32,000 nt of DNA from Blochmannia endosymbiont of Camponotus nipponensis (GTDB taxonomy: Bacteria; Pseudomonadota; Gammaproteobacteria; Enterobacterales; Enterobacteriaceae), in NCBI RefSeq assembly GCF_009827135.1, contig NZ_CP046534.1, forward strand, positions 450,001 through 482,000, written 5' to 3'. This document shows positions 26,847 to 32,000 of this stretch, piece by piece. Position 1 is the stretch's first letter. Each line of letters begins with the position of its first letter. The translations under genes were made by a program, and so were the position numbers. Under the pieces are notes generated by a model. That model saw nothing but the letters and a program-made list of their open reading frames with translations. It was not told the origin of the DNA and searched no databases.

Positions 26847-27928
26847 TAAGCTAGAACGTGTAATATATAAACATTAATTAATTGTAATATTTTTGTGTAT
26901 AATTACGTATCAATATATCTATTATAAAAATTTTATAAAAATAAATAGATATGTACTAATGAATTGATTTGTAATGGTTTTTATGATTAAAATATTTATA
27001 TAAAATAATTTGTAAATTATATATAATTTATTATATAAAACTATAATATTTAAATTTTAACAATTTAATATTAAAAAGTAGTTTAATACATAAATCATAA
27101 AAATATCGGAGCATATCATTACTTGAATGTTTTAATTTTATTTTTTTATGATTTATATTTTATATTATGTTTATTTTTATAAATATTTAGTAGTAAGGAT
27201 GTTTTATGTATTATTATATTTTTAATAAAAATTAATGTAATTATGTATTGAACCATGTTTTTATTATTGATTAAGAATAAAAAATAACAAATCAAATAAC
27301 TACAATATTACAGATTATGAATGTATTTTCATATAAATAAAATAATTTTATTATTTATTAGAAAATAATATGTAAATATTTACTATTTTAAAACGTCATC
27401 AGTTGTATTTAAATAATTTATAACAGATCTTCTTTATATGAAAATCACTGCATTCTTATTAAAAAAAATAGATTTTAATAAGCTTTAATAAATACATCTT
27501 TTTATTGATAATATGAAATGTAGAAATTTTATCATAATTTAATGAACGGAAAAAGATAATTTTAATTATGTGTTGATTATGATAATAAAATTTTGTAAAA
27601 CAGAAATAATAATAAAAGAAGATAAATGTTATGCAATATTAAACTTATAATATGTTATCATGACTACATGTATGTGGCTATTATTGATTTTATTGTATTC
27701 GTAGCAAGAGATTTTTTTATCATAATAAAAACATTTTTTATTTTTATAATACGTAAATAATAATTACTATTTATTTTATTTTTTAAGTATAACTAATAAT
27801 TACTATATTGTATTTAAATGTTCAAATAAAAATAAAGTCATAATAGTTAAATTTATGGAATATTAAAACGGTTTTTAAAGATTAGTATATGTATCTAATT
27901 TTATTTTCTAATATTATATGAGGAAGAT
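26847..27928. other. 1.08-kb gene-free, extremely AT-rich spacer between hemC and dapF
   Basis: There is no ORF of 60 aa or more. Three 60-nt lines I counted (27001, 27121, 27301) contain only 2, 5 and 6 G/C bases. In E. coli this interval holds cyaA, cyaY and yifL/lptM. Confidence 0.6.
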
Positions 27929-28753
27929 ATGCAATTTACAAAAATGAATGGTTTGGGTAATGACTTTGTAATTATAAATGGCGTAACACAAAGTATACAT
28001 CTTACCTCTGAGGATATTAGATATTTATCGAATCGATATTATGGAATTGGATTTGATCAATTATTAATAGTAGAACCTCCTTACGATCCAAAAATAGATT
28101 TTCATTGTCGAATTTATAATGCGGATGGAACAGAAGTGAATCAATGCGGCAATGGTATTCGTTGTTTTGCTAAATTTGTTTACTTTAAAAAATTGACTAA
28201 TAAACGAAATATTCATATTAGTACTCGTACTCATCGTATGGTGTTATCTATAATGGCTGATCACCGTATATCTGTTAATATGGGATCACCAATATTTGAT
28301 CCGAAACTTATTCCATTTTATACACCACAATATCAAAAAATTTATATTTTATTTTTGCCTACACAAATAATACTGTGTGGTGTAGTATCTATGGGTAATC
28401 CGCATTGTATTATTTTAGTAGAAAAAATAGAAACCACTCACGTTACTTTATTAGGATCAGCATTAGAAGATCATCATTGTTTTCCAGAACGAGTTAATGT
28501 AAGTTTTATGAAAATTGTTAATCGTAATAATATCCAATTAAGGGTATATGAGCGCGGTGTAGGAGAAACTAAAGCTTGTGGAACTGCTGCCTGCGCAGCG
28601 GTCGCTGTAGGTATTCAGCAGGGGTTATTGTATGAATCAGTGGATGTAAATTTACCTGGAGGTACTTTGTTGGTAACTTGGAAAGGTACAAATAATCCGT
28701 TATATATGATCGGATCAACATCGTATGTGTATGATGGAAATATTAATTTATAA
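27929..28753 (+). CDS. dapF: Diaminopimelate epimerase
   Basis: The 274-aa ORF has the same length as E. coli DapF (MQF.KM.GLGNDF, GFDQLL.VEPPYDP, NADG.EV.QCGNG.RCFA, ILCGVVSMGNPHC, RVYERG.GET.ACGT.ACAAVAVGIQQGLL). Both catalytic Cys are present. An AGGAAG Shine-Dalgarno sequence lies upstream. Confidence 0.96.
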   Translation: MQFTKMNGLGNDFVIINGVTQSIHLTSEDIRYLSNRYYGIGFDQLLIVEPPYDPKIDFHCRIYNADGTEVNQCGNGIRCFAKFVYFKKLTNKRNIHISTRTHRMVLSIMADHRISVNMGSPIFDPKLIPFYTPQYQKIYILFLPTQIILCGVVSMGNPHCIILVEKIETTHVTLLGSALEDHHCFPERVNVSFMKIVNRNNIQLRVYERGVGETKACGTAACAAVAVGIQQGLLYESVDVNLPGGTLLVTWKGTNNPLYMIGSTSYVYDGNINL

Positions 28754-28813
28754 ACAGATAATTATTAAATAATATAATAGATTTATATGTATATATTAAT
28801 ATAGGTGTGATTT

Positions 28814-29533
28814 ATGTATTTTTACCGTGTATTAAATCCTTTTCATGCTATAACCTTAGATTTAGATAATACGTTATATAATAATTATCCTATCATGAAT
28901 CAGGCTGAAGAGAAATCAGTATTATTTTTACAACAGTATCATCCCGCATTATCAAAAATTCGAATGAGAGATTATTATCAATCACGTAAAATACTTCGAT
29001 TGATGGAACCAGATATTTATCATGATGTAAATTATTGGCGTTGGAGATCTTTGAAGGACACTTTATTACGGGCAGGGTTAACTAAAAATGAAGCACAATC
29101 AGGTGCTGATTCTGCTATGGAAATTATTATATATTGGCGTAATAAGATTGATGTACCTCTTAGTACTCATGAAACCTTATCAGCATTAAGTGCTAAATGG
29201 CCATTAATTGCAATTACTAATGGTAATGCAAATCTTATTTCTTGTGGATTACAACAATATTTTCAAGATGTACTACGTGCTGGCATCAATGGTCGTGCTA
29301 AGCCTTACAAGGATATGTATTATTTAGCTTCCAAGCGTTTTGGAATATCTTGTAAAAATATTTTACATGTAGGAGATGACTTGCAGACAGATGTGAGAGG
29401 AGCAATGTATGCTGGAATGCAAGCTTGTTGGATCAATCAATATAATAATTTAAGTCAATTTTGTTTAATTGATGCAAAATTATTACCACATTTGAAAATT
29501 TCAAAATTAACATCCTTAACATATTTGTTATGA
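28814..29533 (+). CDS. yigB: HAD-family phosphatase YigB (5-amino-6-(5-phospho-D-ribitylamino)uracil phosphatase type)
   Basis: The 239-aa ORF is colinear with E. coli YigB (FYR.L..I.A.T.DLD.TLY.N.P, YHPAL, EP.IYHDV..WR.RS, KWPL.AITNGNA, ILHVGDDL.TDV.GA...GMQACWI, LLPHL.IS.L.SLT.L). Its position between dapF and uvrD matches E. coli. Confidence 0.88.
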   Translation: MYFYRVLNPFHAITLDLDNTLYNNYPIMNQAEEKSVLFLQQYHPALSKIRMRDYYQSRKILRLMEPDIYHDVNYWRWRSLKDTLLRAGLTKNEAQSGADSAMEIIIYWRNKIDVPLSTHETLSALSAKWPLIAITNGNANLISCGLQQYFQDVLRAGINGRAKPYKDMYYLASKRFGISCKNILHVGDDLQTDVRGAMYAGMQACWINQYNNLSQFCLIDAKLLPHLKISKLTSLTYLL

Positions 29534-29603
29534 TTGTTGATATTTATGTTGATGATAAGTATCAATAATAAACATTTACTATATATATATATTGTAATAT
29601 TTT

Positions 29604-31562
29604 ATGAATGTTTATAGTGTGCTTGATACATTGAATGATAAACAACAAGAGGCGGTAACCTCTAATGATAAAAATATATTGGTGGTATCTGGAGCTGGTA
29701 GTGGAAAAACTCGAGTTTTAGTAAATCGTATTGTTTGGTTACAATTAGTAAAAAAATATGCACCATCCTCAATAATAGCGATTACTTTTACGAATAAAGC
29801 CGCTTCAGTAATGCGTGATCGTGTACAATCTTTAATTGGTATTCAAAAAAAAAATGATATATGGATTAGTACATTTCATGGATTAGCAAATCGTTTGTTA
29901 CGTGTTCATTACGTGGATGCAAATTTACCAAAGGATTTTCAAATACTCGATCACGGCGATCAAATTCGACTTTTGAAACAGTTAATACGTTCACTTAACT
30001 TAAATGAGAATAAATATAGTGCACATCGAGCTATGCACTATATTAATATAAAAAAAAATAGAATTTCAGATATTCCTCCTCATAATATAAATATAAATCG
30101 TGATGCAATAGAAATGGTATGGTGTCAGATTTATCAGTCTTATAAAGATATATGTAATCGTTCTGGATTGGTAGATTTTAATGAATTATTAAAACGTGCA
30201 TATATATTATGTTTAAATTATCCAAATATTTTACGTTATTATCAACAAAGATTTATTAATATTTTAGTAGATGAATTTCAAGATACTAATCAAGTTCAAT
30301 ATGCTTGGTTACGGCTATTATCAGGAAATAATAATAATTTAATGATTGTGGGGGATGATGATCAATCTATTTATGGTTGGAGAGGAGCGCAAGTAGAAAA
30401 CTTTAGACGATTTTTAGAAGATTTTTCGCATGTACGGATTGTTATATTAGAGCAGAATTATCGTTCTACTAGTACTATCTTGAAAGCTGCTAATGCTCTT
30501 ATTTGTAAAAATAACATGCGTTTAAAAAAAAATTTATGGACACTTGAAGATAAAGGGAATGCTATTTCCGTTTATTGTGCTGTTAATGTAGCAGATGAAG
30601 CTTTATTTGTAGCAAATAATCTAGTAAATTGGAGGGAAAGACATGGTGACTTGAATAAGTGTGCGGTTCTATATCGAAATAATTTTCAATCTCGTTTGAT
30701 AGAAGAAATGTTATTAAAAAAAAAGATACCTTATCAAATATATGGAGGGATGCAATTTTTTGAGCGTAAAGAAATCAAGGATATTTTGGCTTATTTAAAA
30801 TTTATAGTCAATCAAAGTAATGATACTGCTTATATGAGAATAATTAATACTCCTAATAGAGGGATTGGTCAAAGTACTGTAGAAATGATTAACACATACG
30901 CTAACTTAAATCATTTAAGTTTGTGGAACAGTAGTTTATATGTTTCAAACAAAAAGATCATTAAAGGCGGGCCTGCTATTGCTTTAAAAAAATTTATTAC
31001 TTTAATAGATTCATTAAAAAAACAAATTTTAACTACAACATTGTCCTTACATGAACAAATTTGTTATATTATTAAGTCGGTTGGATTGCGGAGTATATAT
31101 GATAAAAATATATCAGCACCAACATATCGTGAACGTATGCAAAATATTGAAGAGTTAATAGCAATGAGTAAGCAATATGATGATTCGTTAGAATCAACGA
31201 TCAATATAAATCCATTACAACAGTTTTTATCATATATATCTGTAGAATTTGAAGGACACTCATCTGATGCATATTCGGATGCGGTGCAATTAATGACGCT
31301 GCATTCTGCAAAAGGATTAGAATTTTCTCAAGTGTTTATTATAGGATTAGAAGAGGGGATTTTTCCAAATTATATTTCTTTGACTAGTCAATCATTATTG
31401 GAAGAAGAGCGTAGATTGATGTATGTTGGCATCACACGTGCTATGCATAAATTAACAATTAGTTATTCAGAAACTCGTTACATCTATGGAAAAGAGAGGG
31501 TAGTTCAATCGCCATCTAGGTTTGTTAATGAATTACCAATAGATTGTTTAGAAATATGTTGA
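29604..31562 (+). CDS. uvrD: DNA helicase II (UvrD), lacking the C-terminal extension
   Basis: The 652-aa ORF is colinear with E. coli UvrD through all the SF1 helicase motifs (GAGSGKTRVL, TFTNKAA, ILVDEFQDTN, VGDDDQSIYGWRGA, EQNYRST, YGGM.FFERKEIKD, LMTLHSAKGLEF, YVGITRAM). It stops at ...ELPIDCLEIC*, where E. coli continues for roughly 70 more residues. Confidence 0.95.
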   Translation: MNVYSVLDTLNDKQQEAVTSNDKNILVVSGAGSGKTRVLVNRIVWLQLVKKYAPSSIIAITFTNKAASVMRDRVQSLIGIQKKNDIWISTFHGLANRLLRVHYVDANLPKDFQILDHGDQIRLLKQLIRSLNLNENKYSAHRAMHYINIKKNRISDIPPHNININRDAIEMVWCQIYQSYKDICNRSGLVDFNELLKRAYILCLNYPNILRYYQQRFINILVDEFQDTNQVQYAWLRLLSGNNNNLMIVGDDDQSIYGWRGAQVENFRRFLEDFSHVRIVILEQNYRSTSTILKAANALICKNNMRLKKNLWTLEDKGNAISVYCAVNVADEALFVANNLVNWRERHGDLNKCAVLYRNNFQSRLIEEMLLKKKIPYQIYGGMQFFERKEIKDILAYLKFIVNQSNDTAYMRIINTPNRGIGQSTVEMINTYANLNHLSLWNSSLYVSNKKIIKGGPAIALKKFITLIDSLKKQILTTTLSLHEQICYIIKSVGLRSIYDKNISAPTYRERMQNIEELIAMSKQYDDSLESTININPLQQFLSYISVEFEGHSSDAYSDAVQLMTLHSAKGLEFSQVFIIGLEEGIFPNYISLTSQSLLEEERRLMYVGITRAMHKLTISYSETRYIYGKERVVQSPSRFVNELPIDCLEIC

Positions 31563-32000
31563 TGTTGTTTACCAGAAATTAGTACTGATTATTGTATAAA
31601 CTTATATTGCTATTTTAATTTTTCAGGTAGTTACTGCTCTAATTACATTAGATTATTATATAATATAGATATATTATTGTTTTTAAAAAAAAGAGATGTA
31701 AAATGCTAAAGATCATTTCATTCTACATATGATATGTGTGTTCTAATTTATGCAAATTGCATTTATAGTAATTAGAAAATAACTCATATTGGGTATGTAG
31801 TTAATCATTATAATAAATTATGTTTATTATTAAATAGATAAACACCTACGAATTATTTCGAATCATTATAGACAGTTTTATATTCAATGACAGTTGTCAT
31901 AACTTTTTCTGTTATGTAATGTGTATTTATGAAATTATAGGCTTGAAAATAGTCAATTATTATTTAATTTTAATTATTATGATCTAATATATTTTAGTTT

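Noticed and set aside
1-32000. CRISPR arrays, IS elements or transposases, integrases, prophage genes, toxin-antitoxin or restriction/defence modules, rRNA genes
   Set aside because: I looked for regularly spaced direct repeats, terminal inverted repeats bracketing ORFs, and any unassigned ORF of 60 aa or more. Every long ORF is either a recognisable housekeeping gene or a shadow or low-complexity ORF, and no spaced repeat array is visible.

Overview
This window looks like a strongly AT-biased piece of a reduced, Enterobacterales-derived gammaproteobacterial genome. Its composition, gene content and E. coli-like micro-synteny resemble an insect nutritional endosymbiont of the 'Candidatus Blochmannia' type. 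That assignment is inference and I cannot confirm the species. I can support 23 intact protein genes, all housekeeping or biosynthetic: secB-gpsA-cysE, pfkA, tpiA, fpr, rpmE, metB, metF, murI, ilvG-ilvM-ilvE-ilvD-ilvA-ilvC, trxA, rho, hemD, hemC, dapF, yigB and uvrD. There are also 7 tRNA genes: Ala(UGC), Asp(GUC) and Trp(CCA), then Arg(CCG)-His(GUG)-Leu(CAG)-Pro(UGG). Gene order follows three E. coli K-12 blocks (secB-cysE; pfkA...murI; aspT-trpT...uvrD). Most E. coli regulators and accessory genes between the retained genes are replaced by gene-free, very AT-rich spacers up to about 1.5 kb long. I see no CRISPR array, IS element or transposase, prophage, toxin-antitoxin or defence-type gene, and no rRNA. 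I do not find a convincing novel multi-gene system. The unusual features are smaller. (1) A 'ghost' rRNA-operon junction retains only rrn-associated tRNAs. (2) tRNA-Pro is embedded in a perfect 25-bp helix formed by its own flanks. (3) Several long perfect AT-rich palindromes lie in spacers, including a 52-bp one at the site of the missing metL. (4) ilvL, ilvY, metJ and rhoL are absent, and ilvC sits directly behind ilvGMEDA. (5) Three proteins carry notable changes: TrxA has CNPC in place of CGPC, CysE lacks the C-terminal CysK-docking/feedback tail, and UvrD lacks its C-terminal extension. (6) Slippage-prone poly(A) runs of 9-11 nt lie inside metF and uvrD. (7) No tRNA gene encodes a 3' CCA. 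All homology statements come from my recall of E. coli protein sequences and map order, not from a database search.
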